64,000 nucleotides of DNA from an uncultured Alphaproteobacteria bacterium (GCA_963758625.1 CAVWWJ010000028.1:15256-79255), one strand, 5' to 3'. Counted from the first letter of the stretch, positions 1 to 9,572 are shown. The notes: generated from the letters alone by a model not told the origin. Made by a program: numbers and translations.

Positions 1-24
1 AGCATCGGCGGCGTCTTTCTCACT

Positions 25-1026
25 ATGGTTTTCGTCGCTTTCGGGGCCCCCGGCGTCGGCGTGCTGCTTCACCCGGCGGCGTTGTTAGGCATTGGGGTGG
101 TGGCAGGCATAGCGGGCGTATATGTCTGCGGCGCGCTGTTGCGGCTGGCCGGCTTGATCGTCGGCGGCCACGCGACACAACGAGAATTGCAGCGGGTACT
201 CGCATGGACCGCGATCCCGAATATTTTCGCCATATCGCTGATGATCGTGCCGTGGTTCATCTGGGCCGCCTTGGGAGCCGCGTTCCACCCCTCGAGCGAG
301 CCCGAATACGACTGGCCAATCCTTGCCCTGTTCGTGCTCCTGGTATCGCCGCTGGGGTTCTGGGGCTTGTTCGTGACAGTCCGCGCCATCGGCGCTGTGC
401 TCAAGGTCGGCTTTGTGCGAGCCATCTTTTGCCTCTTCCTGGTCGGCAGCGTCACAGGCTACGCCACGGTTCAGCTCTCGGCTCTGGTGGACGGCTGTCT
501 GCCGTCCTTCCTCGTGCCGAACGAGGCGATGCTGCCGACCTTGCGGCCTGCGCAGCGCGTTCTCCGCGCCACGGACGAGACCTTGCAGAGGGGCGATATC
601 GTTCGTTTCGCGCGGATGAGAAACCATCCGTTTTTCGGGATTGTGACCAGGCGATATGTGAAGCGAGTGATCGGCCTGCCCGGCGATGTCATCGCGATGA
701 CAGGCGGCACTCTCAGCATCAATGGTGAGGCGGTGAAGCGCCAGCGCATTGCCGACTTCGACGTCAGCGACAAGGACGGGTCGACGAGGCCGAGGCCGCA
801 TTTTCAGGAAACGCTACCGAATGGGGTAAGCTACCGCGTCCTCGATTCCGATCCCACCCGGACATTTGGCGAAGTTCGCGTCGGGGCCGGTCACGTCTTC
901 CTCCTCGGCGACAATCGCGACAATAGCGAGGACGCGGAAGATAACTATCGCCCGAAGCTTGCGCATCAGGGGCTCGTATGGCGCGACCGCGTCTACGGGA
1001 AGGTGGTCTCGAACTCTGAGCGATAG
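25..1026 (+). CDS. Yip1-like multi-pass membrane domain fused to an S26 (signal peptidase I-like) domain that lacks the nucleophile Ser
   Basis: ORF 25..1026. The frame stays open back to base 1, so the gene may start upstream of the window. The N-terminal ~170 aa form about 5 hydrophobic helices with a Yip1-type segment, LLRLAGLIVGGHATQRELQRVLAWTAIPNIF. The C-terminal half carries the S26 boxes. VPNEAMLPTL corresponds to canonical SGSMxPTL, with Ser replaced by Ala. RGDIVRF is present. YVKRVIGLPGDVI keeps the Lys. LLGDNRDNSEDAED corresponds to canonical GDNRxxSxDSR and is degenerate. Confidence 0.7.
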   Translation: MVFVAFGAPGVGVLLHPAALLGIGVVAGIAGVYVCGALLRLAGLIVGGHATQRELQRVLAWTAIPNIFAISLMIVPWFIWAALGAAFHPSSEPEYDWPILALFVLLVSPLGFWGLFVTVRAIGAVLKVGFVRAIFCLFLVGSVTGYATVQLSALVDGCLPSFLVPNEAMLPTLRPAQRVLRATDETLQRGDIVRFARMRNHPFFGIVTRRYVKRVIGLPGDVIAMTGGTLSINGEAVKRQRIADFDVSDKDGSTRPRPHFQETLPNGVSYRVLDSDPTRTFGEVRVGAGHVFLLGDNRDNSEDAEDNYRPKLAHQGLVWRDRVYGKVVSNSER

Positions 1027-1083
1027 TCGAGCCCGCAATGGCGCGCAACGGTTTGGCCGGGTGCAATTGGTCGGGGGACGAGG

Positions 1084-1535
1084 ATGCGCGTGCGAGTGCT
1101 TAGGTTTATAGGGCTGGTTGTGTCGTTGCTATTCTTGGGGATCGCAACTGCGCTGGCACAGACACCTGGTGAGGTCAGCAAGCCCCAGCAGCCGCCTTCA
1201 TAAGCACGGGTGACCGGGTGAGTGTCACAATGCTGATCCGGACCAGGAGCGCCGACCGGCGTACAGCCGAGTGAATTGTTGGTGCGTATTGTGACCGCCT
1301 TCAGTCCTCCGAATGCTTGTCGGGCGGCGACAAGGTAGACAATGTCGAGGTGCTTCTGCAGAACGTTCGTGTGCTGGCGGTCGTTCAAGTCGCTGAGGGG
1401 AACGGACGGGACAAAGCCGCGACCATCGAGGTTACCGCCGAAGACGCAGCCAGGGTTGCGCTCGGCTCGCAGATTGGGACGTTTGCGCTCGCGCTCCTTC
1501 CTTCAAAGTCCCGGCCCAACGCCAGCGACCAATAG
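1084..1535 (+). pseudogene. cpaB: Remnant of the Flp-pilus assembly gene cpaB/rcpC, split over three frames and internally deleted
   Basis: A mini-ORF at 1084..1203 encodes the signal anchor MRVRVLRFIGLVVSLLFLGIATALAQ. A GDRVSVTMLIRT piece lies in another frame. ORF 1317..1535 reads VEVLLQNVRVLAVVQ...ATIEVTAEDAARVALGSQIGTFALALLP, which is a CpaB C-terminal signature. The span is about half of a normal cpaB, and no other tad/cpa genes follow. Confidence 0.4.
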
Positions 1536-1939
1536 TGGTTCGGCATAGCCGTCCAAGGTCCGATCCGAATGAGTTGTGCCAGCATGCTGCGCAAAAGCGC
1601 GGCGGCTTAACAATTGCTGACGGCAGGCTGCGGAAGACCAGCTCCGCGATCTGCACCGGAAGCTGTTGCGCATGGAGCGGCGCGTGCACGCTGCAGAGGT
1701 CCAGCGCAATATGCGCGACCGACGTACGTGATCGAGAAGACCTCGGCTCCGCGCGCCGCGCCGGCATCGCCAGCACGCAACTCCAATTTTCGTGATCTCA
1801 GTACCCACTGATGCACAGCTCCCGCCGTTGCGTCGGCAGTCGAATCACGTAAGCTCCAAAACTGTCTGGGGAAAACCTCGGGGTGGGCGTCCTGCCTGCA
1901 ATAATGCGGCGGGAACCACCAATTGCGCGAGGCTCCCCC

Positions 1940-2281
1940 ATGCGAGTCCTTCAGGAAGTACGCAAAGATCCGCTCGGCTGGTGCATCATCGTTGCCCTGG
2001 CACTGCTGGCACTGCTGATCGTTGGTGCGCTCTCAACGCCCGCGAGATCGCATTCGTGGTACGACGCGGATTGCTGCTCGGATCGTGATTGCGAGCCAGT
2101 ACGTGCGGTCTCGTTCGTGGCAAGCGACTCAACTTCAGTGCCGGTCATGGTTGTCACAACGAGTTTTGGCACGAAGCCGGTCACTCCCGAGACAAAGATC
2201 CGGGAGAGCAAAGACGGCAGGATGCACGCGTGCATCTATCTAGGGAAACTCATCTGCCTCTACTTGCCACCGAGCAATTAG
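1940..2281 (+). CDS. Small Cys-rich membrane-anchored or secreted hypothetical protein
   Basis: This lies within ORF 1883..2281. ATG 1940 has a GAGG 8 nt upstream. The product has the anchor LGWCIIVALALLALLIVGAL followed by the motif HSWYDADCCSDRDCEP. Confidence 0.5.
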   Translation: MRVLQEVRKDPLGWCIIVALALLALLIVGALSTPARSHSWYDADCCSDRDCEPVRAVSFVASDSTSVPVMVVTTSFGTKPVTPETKIRESKDGRMHACIYLGKLICLYLPPSN

Positions 2282-2293
2282 CGCGCGGTACCG

Positions 2294-2524
2294 TCAGTCG
2301 GCGCGCTCTCGCATCACACGAAAATAGTGCTCGGCGTGCTGGTAGAAATTCTCCGCTTCGACAATATCGCCGTTCAACGTCGCCTCTCGCGCGAGCGCGA
2401 GGTAGCGCTCATAGTTCCGATGCGCGCTCGCGGCCGACCCGTTCTGCCGCTGCCGGTTCGCGACATTGGTGCGCCCGACCGGCGGCCATCTTCGCTGCGG
2501 CTGATTCCTGTCCCGCTCATTCAT
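2294..2524 (-). CDS. DUF4167-like small protein (short version)
   Basis: In ORF 2294..2524, SAHRNYERYLALAREATLNGDIVEAENFYQHAEHYFRV matches the DUF4167 signature as I remember it. Confidence 0.6.
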   Translation of the reverse strand: MNERDRNQPQRRWPPVGRTNVANRQRQNGSAASAHRNYERYLALAREATLNGDIVEAENFYQHAEHYFRVMRERAD

Positions 2525-2811
2525 TCATTCAGTCTCCTGTAAGCAGGACCACGCGTCTTCCGCGCCTGCGAAGAAAGCTCGCTCTGATGTTCCGAAGATG
2601 GTGCGGGCGCCAGACCTTGGAGGCGAGGCCAGCGCCCCGCGACGCGCAAAAGGGGCGTACGCATTCCACCCGATTCGCAAGCCCCGGCTCACCTCGCACG
2701 CCTCACCAACTTCCGACCTCGAACCAAGTGTGCACATACTCCTGGAGCGCCATCAATTCGCCGCGCCGTACGCCCGTACTCGGGACTCAACGATTCCCAA
2801 GGGTGGAGCCC

Positions 2812-3318
2812 ATGTACACGCGATCACTCATCGTCATTGTCAGTGCCGTCGCAATTTCCCTTTCTGCACCGCACACAGACGCCCAAGTTCCTGACGCGAT
2901 CTCTGCTCCAGGCGAGAAATTGATTGCAACGATTCATGCCGAGGGCGCTCAGGTGTACGACTGCAAGGCCGATGCGGGTGGAAAGCTCACGTGGCAGTTC
3001 CGCGAGCCGATTGCCACTCTTATCGCGGACGGGAGGACCATCGGCCGGCACTATGCCGGGCCGACTTGGGAGCTCACCGACGGCAGCGCCGTCACCGGCA
3101 AGGTCGCTGGCCGCGCTCCAAGCGCAACGCCCAAAGATATCCCGCTACTGAAGCTCGAGGTGGCATCACGGCGCGGATCAGGCATGCTGACCGGTATGAC
3201 AACGATCCAGAGGATCAACACGAAAGGCGGCGTTGCGGAAGGGCCGTGCGATTCGGCCGGTGCGTTCCTGAGCGTGCCCTACTCCGCTGACTACACGTTC
3301 CTGAAAAAAGGCGGCTGA
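2812..3318 (+). CDS. Secreted DUF3455-like protein
   Basis: There is an in-frame ATG at 2812 inside ORF 2089..3318. The signal peptide is MYTRSLIVIVSAVAISLSAPHTDAQ. The DUF3455-type pattern follows: GAQVYDCKAD, WQFREPIATL, GRHYAGPTWELTDGS, IQRINTKGGVAEGPC, VPYSADYTFL. Confidence 0.7.
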   Translation: MYTRSLIVIVSAVAISLSAPHTDAQVPDAISAPGEKLIATIHAEGAQVYDCKADAGGKLTWQFREPIATLIADGRTIGRHYAGPTWELTDGSAVTGKVAGRAPSATPKDIPLLKLEVASRRGSGMLTGMTTIQRINTKGGVAEGPCDSAGAFLSVPYSADYTFLKKGG

Positions 3319-3439
3319 TTATGCAACTATCTAGTTGGCCGCCCTGTAGGCGTCTCCCTTCACCTTTGCGCCCGCGCTCACCACGTCAATTCCTAATGAG
3401 GAGTGTCCCAGCCGGCACGGAGCGGTCCGCGGGTTGCGA

Positions 3440-3664
3440 TCAGAGATCGTGTGGATACGTGAGCGATGCGCCCGCGTGGCGGCTGCTGCTGCCATCCTGC
3501 TGCTGAACAATTACGCCCGCCCGCCGACTGTGCGCCAAGGCTCGTGCGAACGCCATAGCGCCGTGGAGGTTCTCGTAGCGTGCCAGCGTCCGGTCCCGCT
3601 TGGACACGACCCATCCGCCAGTCGCGCGCTCAACGACATAGACATCGACTGGCATAGTTCCCAC
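3440..3664 (-). CDS. DUF2188-like small protein
   Basis: In ORF 3440..3664, VDVYVVERATGGWVVSKRDRTLARYENLHGAMAFARALA resembles the DUF2188 family. Confidence 0.5.
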   Translation of the reverse strand: MGTMPVDVYVVERATGGWVVSKRDRTLARYENLHGAMAFARALAHSRRAGVIVQQQDGSSSRHAGASLTYPHDL

Positions 3665-4138
3665 TCCTTTTCGGCCGTCTTTTTCTCCTGGGCCGCGAGG
3701 GTTAACGCACAGCTCTGACTACTATATGGGGACGCCCGAGCCATTTGATCACCCCCGCACCTATTTATTTTTTTCCAGCATCATTGCCCAGGCTTCGCGG
3801 TCAGCCATTCGCGATCGTCACAACTCTCCGCGCGGAGAGCCCCGAACAAAACAACGGCGTAAGCGGGAGGACAATAGGTACCATCCTGAATCCAATTGTC
3901 CGCCGAAATGCGTGAATTGCTTCGACTCACCCCGTTCTTGTGACCAGCATAAGACGCAGCTGCGCGCCATGTACCGCGTTCTGGCGGCGCAGCTATGATG
4001 GGGGAACGCGTCGGTCCCGGAGCGCACCCCGCTGCTCCGGGGCCGATGCCCGTCACCCTTAAGCCACGCAAACCCGGTCGTCGCTCAACCGGCGCTCCGC
4101 GCACGCCTCTCCCAAGCCATCGCGCATAGGACGACGCC

Positions 4139-4261
4139 ATGCAGAAGAATACCGCCCACAAGAAACAGAAGTGCAAGAACTGCGAAGGAAAAGGCACGCT
4201 CAAGAACGGCGACAGGGTCGTTCGCTGTCAACGATGTGGCGGGAGCGGCATCAAGCGGTGA
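4139..4261 (+). CDS. 40-aa zinc-ribbon micro-protein with two CxxCxGxG knuckles
   Basis: This is below the ORF-track size limit. ATG 4139 is preceded by AGGA, and the stop TGA is at 4259..4261. My translation is MQKNTAHKKQKCKNCEGKGTLKNGDRVVRCQRCGGSGIKR. Confidence 0.35.
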   Translation: MQKNTAHKKQKCKNCEGKGTLKNGDRVVRCQRCGGSGIKR

Positions 4262-4544
4262 CCGCACCGCGAACCACGACCGAACCGAGCTCTCAACGAG
4301 GCCGCGCGCAGGCCACGCGCCCCCCAGTATCCGTGCGCTACGCAACCTTCAGAATGCGTGCGCTGGCGTGTCCGAAACCGTACACTTCCCTTCAGTGCGG
4401 CTTGCCTATGCCGTCTCCAAAATTCGTCCAAACACCAATGACGAGAAGTCCCTGCTTGAGCAACTTGGGACGAATTTCCTTTATGAGCTGCAGGGTTCGC
4501 AATTCAACGCTCCGGTTTCGATTTTCGGGACTGCAAGTCGACGA

Positions 4545-5192
4545 CTATTGCTTCCCACATTGTGCTTCCCTCCCTCGCCAGGTGGTGAGTCGGATCGGCG
4601 TCGGATTGCCGCCCGAGCAGGGGTTGTGCTCCTGCGGGCAGTTAGAGATCACCACGATCACGTCCCTGTCGGCGCGCAGGTCCACGTAGTCGCCGGGCTT
4701 GGACACGCCGTCCACGATGGCAATGCGTCCGTCGGCATCGACGGGAACGTTCATGAAGAAGTTGATGTTGGCCGGGATGTCCCTCGAGTTCATGCCGAGT
4801 TCGCCCAATGCCTTGATGAAGTTGTTGCGACAACTGAGCGCCGTGGTCTTCCCGTAGCGCACCAGGTTGATCTCACGGCTACAGTTGCCGGCGAGCGTGT
4901 CGTGGCGGCCGACCGTATCTTCGATGATGGTCATCAGCGGCTGGGCGAGATCATCGTAAAGCACACAGTCCTTGGAGAGATACACCCCGCCCGCGAGCTT
5001 CATGGTGTTGGCGGCGTTGTAGCGGACGGCCGTATCCGCCGCATCGTAGATGAGCGTATCGACGGCCTGGCAGCCCTCCAGATCGACGATGCGGAGCGCG
5101 GTACCCTTGCTCAGGCGCTTGTGCCAATAAGCACGCGCCGGCAGGACCTCATCATGGATGACTTCACCCGGTACGGCTGGCTCTGCCTGCAT
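4545..5192 (-). CDS. Urea-carboxylase-associated family protein (DUF1989-type)
   Basis: ORF 4545..5192 is intact. It reads LRIVDLEGCQAVDTLIYDA...GRHDTLAGNCS...NINFFMNVPVDADG...PGDYVDLRADRDVIVVISNCPQ, which is typical of the family. Confidence 0.8.
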   Translation of the reverse strand: MQAEPAVPGEVIHDEVLPARAYWHKRLSKGTALRIVDLEGCQAVDTLIYDAADTAVRYNAANTMKLAGGVYLSKDCVLYDDLAQPLMTIIEDTVGRHDTLAGNCSREINLVRYGKTTALSCRNNFIKALGELGMNSRDIPANINFFMNVPVDADGRIAIVDGVSKPGDYVDLRADRDVIVVISNCPQEHNPCSGGNPTPIRLTTWRGREAQCGKQ

Positions 5193-5431
5193 TACGCACC
5201 TCCCTCCATTCCCTCGAGCCTACGCTGCGCATGGTACCTCAATTTGCATCCGTGCCTGCGCCGATGGGCAACAACGACCCGGATCTCCCGGGCCAGGGTG
5301 TCCCGCCCGATGACGTAGCGCAAGGCATTGGCTATTCTTAACGCTGCGCCAGCTGCCGGCCGAACTCGTTCAGCCGCTCCAGCTCGGCCACTCGTCGCGC
5401 ACGGCGCTCGTCAACCGGCGCTGCCGGCACC

Positions 5432-5566
5432 TTCGGCTGGCTCGGCCGTTACCGGCGCCTGGCAAAGGACTTGGAAAACCTCACGCGCACGCATGCCGCC
5501 TTCGTCATCCTCGCCATGATCCGCATCATGCTGAGCCACAAGCCGTCCAATGGACGCAAGGCGTGA
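5432..5566 (+). pseudogene. C-terminal remnant of an IS5-family (DDE) transposase
   Basis: My manual translation is FGWLGRYRRLAKDLENLTRTHAAFVILAMIRIMLSHKPSNGRKA*. The WLGR.RRLAKD.ENL...IR.ML tail is the characteristic C-terminus of IS5-group transposases. Nothing recognisable lies upstream. Confidence 0.5.
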
Positions 5567-5648
5567 CACAGCCCCAGGGGGGGATGCGGCTATGCGGAGG
5601 GGAGTGCCATGTGGGCCCTTGGTGGCACACGGCGCGCAATTGCCCCGC

Positions 5649-6785
5649 TCAGACCTTGTTGGGATTGATCAGGTACTTCTCGCCCGTTGCTCGCTTGCCG
5701 TAGACGGCGATGTTCGCGAGGTCGAGCGCCTCGGTGAGCGACACCGTCTTGGTGTAGTGGCTGGCGAAGGTGGTCTTCAGGCTCTTCACCACGCGCTCGC
5801 GCAGGCGCACCTGCTCGGGCCGGCCGATCTTCTGCAGGAACGGCGTCAGCAGCCAGCCGCCCACGCCCCACGCCATGCCGTAGTTGCGCACCAGCTCGAC
5901 CGGCGCGGTGTTGAGGCTGCCGTAGACGTAGACCTGCTTGTGCGTGGTCGAGCCGTAACGGCTGTATTCCTTGGCGGTCTTGTTCAGCGCCATCTCCATG
6001 CAGGTCAGGATCTGGCTGGCGAGCCTGCCGCCGCCGATCGCGTCGAAGGCGATAGTGGCGCCGGTCTCGACCAGCGCTTGCGTCAGCTCGTCGGCGAAGG
6101 TGGCCGAGGTCGAATCGACGACGTGCTTGGCGCCGATGTCGCACAGCAGCCTGGCCTGCTCGGCGCTGCGTACGATGTTCACCAGGCCGATGCCGTCCTC
6201 CTGGCAGATCTTGTTCAGCATCTGGCCGAGGTTCGACGCGGCCGCCGTGTGTACCAGCGCCTTGTGGCCCTCGCGCTTCATCGTCTCGGTCATGCCGAGC
6301 GCGGTCAGCGGATTGACGAACCACGACGCGCCCTCGGCCGCCGTCGTGCCGGCCGGCAGGGGCTGGCAGTCGGTCGCCTTCAGGAGCCGATACTGCGCGT
6401 ACATCGCCCCGCCGATCATCGACACCGTCTTGCCGAGCAGCGCCTGCGCCGCCTCCGACGAGCCCGCCTTGATCACCGTGCCCGCGCCCTCGTTGCCGAC
6501 CGGCATCGCCTGGTCGAGGCGCGCGGCGATGAAGGGCAGCGCCTGCTCCGGCACCTTGGCCGTGATCTTGATGGCGGCACCGCTGCCCGAGGCCTTGGCC
6601 GTGCTCATGTCGGCCGGCCCCAGCAGCAGGCCGAGATCGGACGGGTTGATCGGCGTCGCCTCGACCTTGACCACGACCTGGTCGGGACCGGGCTCGGGGA
6701 TCGGCACCTCGGCCAGCGACAGTTCGAGCTCGCCGCTTTTCTTGATCAGGGAGCGAAGCTGCAATCCCTTGGTCGTGTCGCTCAT
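5649..6785 (-). CDS. MDR-superfamily zinc-type dehydrogenase / NAD(P)H quinone oxidoreductase-like
   Basis: In ORF 5649..6812 the preferred start is MSDTTKG at 6785. The product reads VVVKVEATPINPSDLGLL and has a Rossmann segment HTAAASNLGQML. The ORF is intact. Confidence 0.8.
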   Translation of the reverse strand: MSDTTKGLQLRSLIKKSGELELSLAEVPIPEPGPDQVVVKVEATPINPSDLGLLLGPADMSTAKASGSGAAIKITAKVPEQALPFIAARLDQAMPVGNEGAGTVIKAGSSEAAQALLGKTVSMIGGAMYAQYRLLKATDCQPLPAGTTAAEGASWFVNPLTALGMTETMKREGHKALVHTAAASNLGQMLNKICQEDGIGLVNIVRSAEQARLLCDIGAKHVVDSTSATFADELTQALVETGATIAFDAIGGGRLASQILTCMEMALNKTAKEYSRYGSTTHKQVYVYGSLNTAPVELVRNYGMAWGVGGWLLTPFLQKIGRPEQVRLRERVVKSLKTTFASHYTKTVSLTEALDLANIAVYGKRATGEKYLINPNKV

Positions 6786-6824
6786 GTGCACATCTCCGCT
6801 CTCAAGAAACACACTCTCCGCGCG

Positions 6825-8585
6825 TTGATCTTACGTCATTTTTTATTGCGCCTCCTGGAGTGTGGGGGAAAGGCTGTAGCCGAGCGCGGTGGCGCGTTTG
6901 ACGAGATGCTTGAGGGCGCGCACGCGGTAGCGCTCCTCCTCGGCCGCCATGCCCCGGTCCACGTACACCATGCCCTTGGTGAGTGCGGCATGGACGAGCC
7001 GCGCCAGCTTGTGCGCCGCGGCCTTGATGGCAACGCCCATGCCGAGGCGGCTGGCCATACGTCGGAAGTAGGCCCCGAGCGCCGACTTGCTCGTACTCAG
7101 GCCGACGGCCGCCTGCCGCAGGGCCTGGCCGGCGCGATTGAACCTGTTGCGCTCGCGGCCCCGCAGCCGCTTGCCGCCGGTGATGCGCGTGGTCGGGCAC
7201 AGGTTCAGCCACGAGGTGAAATGCTTGACTGTCGCAAAGCGGCTCAGATCGGGGCCCGTCTCCGACAGCACCTTCAGCGCCGTCGTCGTGTCGATGCCGT
7301 CGATCCGCGTCAAGTCCACCCCGCACATAGCAAACAGGCGCACCCGCACGTCGAAGCGCGGCGCATTCTTCGCCCGTCCGCGACGCTTGGGCTTGCCGGG
7401 ATCGCCGTCGTAGCGCGCCAGTCCGGCCAGCATCCGCTCCAGCTCGCGGTCGCACTCCGCCAGCATCTGCCCGTAGGTGTCGAACAGGGCCAGCGCCTGC
7501 TTCAGTGCAAACAGATGCTCCTGGCGCCACGTTCCTTCCAGCGCCCGCGCGATCTCAGCCTCGCTCGCCTCGATGCGCGGCCCGCGCAGCGCCGCCAGGC
7601 GATACCGGTCCCGCTCCCCGGCCACGATCGCCCGCACGATCCGCTGGCCCGTCTCTCCCACTACGTCCGAGATCACGTTGACGAGCTGGATGTTCATCTG
7701 CGCCAGCGCCTTCTGCATGTGCTGCACATGCCGCGCCTGGCTCGCCAGCAGCATGTCGCGCTGCCGCATCACTGCCCGCAGCGCACACACCTCCTGCGAC
7801 GGACGAAAAGCGCCACGCAGCAGCCCGAAGCTCATCAGCTCGCGGATCCACTGGCAGTCCAGAACGTCGCTCTTGCGCCCCGACACGTTCTTCACGTGCC
7901 GCGCGTTCACCAGATAGACCTCAAAGCCGCGACTTTCCAACAGCTCGTAGAGCGCGATCCAGTAGACCCCGGTGCTTTCCATCACCACCGTCCTGATCCC
8001 GCACGCCGAAAGCCAGTCCGCCAGACGATTGAGATCGTCGCTGAAGCTGCGAAACTCGCGCACCGGTTGGCTGTCCCGATCTGGCGGCACCGCCACGAAA
8101 TGCGACGAGGCGCCAACGTCGATCCCCGCACAATCGGGGTGGGTCAGCTCAAAGCTCGCCTTGCGCGCGCGCTTCTTGCGCCCTTTGCGCTGCCGCCGGC
8201 CGGCCGCGTCGGCTGCCGCCATCTCCCCTCCCTTGCGCTCCATGGCGCCATCCTCCATGCTGTTGATGAGCGCCGCGCGGGATCGGGTACGTCCTCTTTG
8301 CTCACTCTCTCAATCGGGATGTCCGCTCGCGCGGAGCTCGCCAGTGTCGCCGACGTGACCCAGGGCCATGCTAATCCGCGGGCAGATCTGCACCATTGCG
8401 AAACCGGCCATCCTCCGCGCGGCGGCCAAGGCTAGCACCGCCCGGGAGTTGAAGCCCGTTTCCTGCCCGCGCATTCCGGGCGCGCCCCGGTTGGAAGGCT
8501 AATCCGTCCATGAGACCTTTGTTAGCACATCTCGCCGTGGGGCGCTGCCAGGAGTGGTCATCGTTCACCACGATTGATCAGTGAT
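6825..8585 (-). mobile_element. IS110-family insertion sequence (ends approximate)
   Basis: The transposase gene plus about 320 bp of 5' leader fills the whole gap between the MDR dehydrogenase start (6785) and the Bug gene stop (8593). I could not define terminal repeats, which is usual for this family. Confidence 0.45.
6843..8258 (-). CDS. IS110-family transposase
   Basis: The 471-aa ORF is intact. It reads CAGIDVGASSHFVAV...VVMESTGVYW...GFEVYLVNARHVKN, then a C-terminal LTRIDGIDTTTALKVLSETGPDLSRF...WLNLCP, and ends KAAAHKLARLV. Confidence 0.9.
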   Translation of the reverse strand: MEDGAMERKGGEMAAADAAGRRQRKGRKKRARKASFELTHPDCAGIDVGASSHFVAVPPDRDSQPVREFRSFSDDLNRLADWLSACGIRTVVMESTGVYWIALYELLESRGFEVYLVNARHVKNVSGRKSDVLDCQWIRELMSFGLLRGAFRPSQEVCALRAVMRQRDMLLASQARHVQHMQKALAQMNIQLVNVISDVVGETGQRIVRAIVAGERDRYRLAALRGPRIEASEAEIARALEGTWRQEHLFALKQALALFDTYGQMLAECDRELERMLAGLARYDGDPGKPKRRGRAKNAPRFDVRVRLFAMCGVDLTRIDGIDTTTALKVLSETGPDLSRFATVKHFTSWLNLCPTTRITGGKRLRGRERNRFNRAGQALRQAAVGLSTSKSALGAYFRRMASRLGMGVAIKAAAHKLARLVHAALTKGMVYVDRGMAAEEERYRVRALKHLVKRATALGYSLSPTLQEAQ

Positions 8586-8592
8586 CTGCTCT

Positions 8593-9549
8593 TTAGTCGA
8601 CCCTCAGTCCAATGCTGCGTACAACCTCACCCCATCTCCGAATCTCTGAATGTACGTATGCCTCCGCGACAGATGGAGGCCCACCCACGGGCAGCACACC
8701 GAGCTGGTCGAGGCGGGCACGGATGTCGCTCTCCGCGAGCACGGCGTTTATGTCAGTGTTGAGTCGTGCCACCACCGAATCCGGCGTGCCCGCTGGCACG
8801 AAGAGCGCGATCCACGTCGACTCCTCTCTGTCTCCGAACCCTTGTTCGATGGCAGTAGGAACGTCAGGGAGGCTCGGCAAACGTTTGTCGCTGAGTATCG
8901 CCAGCGCTTTGATCTGACCATTCTTGATCAGTTCGATTGTCGGGGGCATGGCCAAGCACGCGACGCTGATGTGTCCTCCAAGCAGGGCGTTGAGGGTTGG
9001 CGCCCCGCCCGTAAAGGTCACAGCCGGGATATCGACCTTGGCTAGCACCTTGAAGATTTTCTCAGCCGACAGGTGCGGCGTGGTTCCTACCCCCGGCATG
9101 CCGTAGGTGAGTTTCTCGGTTTTTGCCGCCTCGATCAGCTCCTTGAGAGTGGACGCTTTGAGATTTGGAGCCGCGACGATGATGTTGGGTGTGGTGCCGA
9201 CCACGATCACCGTCCTGTAATTCGACTCGGGCGAGTAGCCGGCATTCGTCGTCAGACTGGGATTGACGGCAAAGGCGCTGGTCGTAACAAGAACCGTGTA
9301 GCCGTTGGGCTCCGCTTTCGCTACTTGGCGGGCAGCGATATTGCCGCCGGCACCACCGCGATTCTCGACGACGACGCTTTGACCCCATTTCTCCGTCAGT
9401 CGCTGACCGAGAATGCGCGCGACCACATCGGTCGGCCCGCCTGGCGAGAAGGCCACCACGAACTTGACGCTCTCGTTGGGATAGAGCCCTTGCGCAGCCA
9501 CGATAGTTAGTTGGAAAGAGAACGCCCCATGCAGCAAAGACAGCCACAA
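8593..9549 (-). CDS. Bug-family (TctC-like) tripartite tricarboxylate transporter substrate-binding protein
   Basis: ORF 8593..9549 reads YPNESVKFVVAFSPGGPTDVVARILGQRLTEKWGQSVVVENRGGAGGNIAA. The track start at 9549 is a TTG with a poor signal peptide. A much better signal peptide, MLGSPKRSLVVAVFAAWGVLF, starts at ATG 9577 in another frame, so the 5' end is probably frameshifted. Confidence 0.8.
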   Translation of the reverse strand: MWLSLLHGAFSFQLTIVAAQGLYPNESVKFVVAFSPGGPTDVVARILGQRLTEKWGQSVVVENRGGAGGNIAARQVAKAEPNGYTVLVTTSAFAVNPSLTTNAGYSPESNYRTVIVVGTTPNIIVAAPNLKASTLKELIEAAKTEKLTYGMPGVGTTPHLSAEKIFKVLAKVDIPAVTFTGGAPTLNALLGGHISVACLAMPPTIELIKNGQIKALAILSDKRLPSLPDVPTAIEQGFGDREESTWIALFVPAGTPDSVVARLNTDINAVLAESDIRARLDQLGVLPVGGPPSVAEAYVHSEIRRWGEVVRSIGLRVD

Positions 9550-9572
9550 CTAGCGACCGCTTCGGGCTCCCC

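Noticed and set aside
5550-8435. 961-aa ORF on the plus strand, the longest in the window
   Set aside because: It runs antisense to the MDR dehydrogenase gene and the IS110 transposase gene. It is Arg/Ala/Gly/Leu low-complexity throughout and has no recognisable motif. It is a typical shadow ORF of high-G+C DNA.
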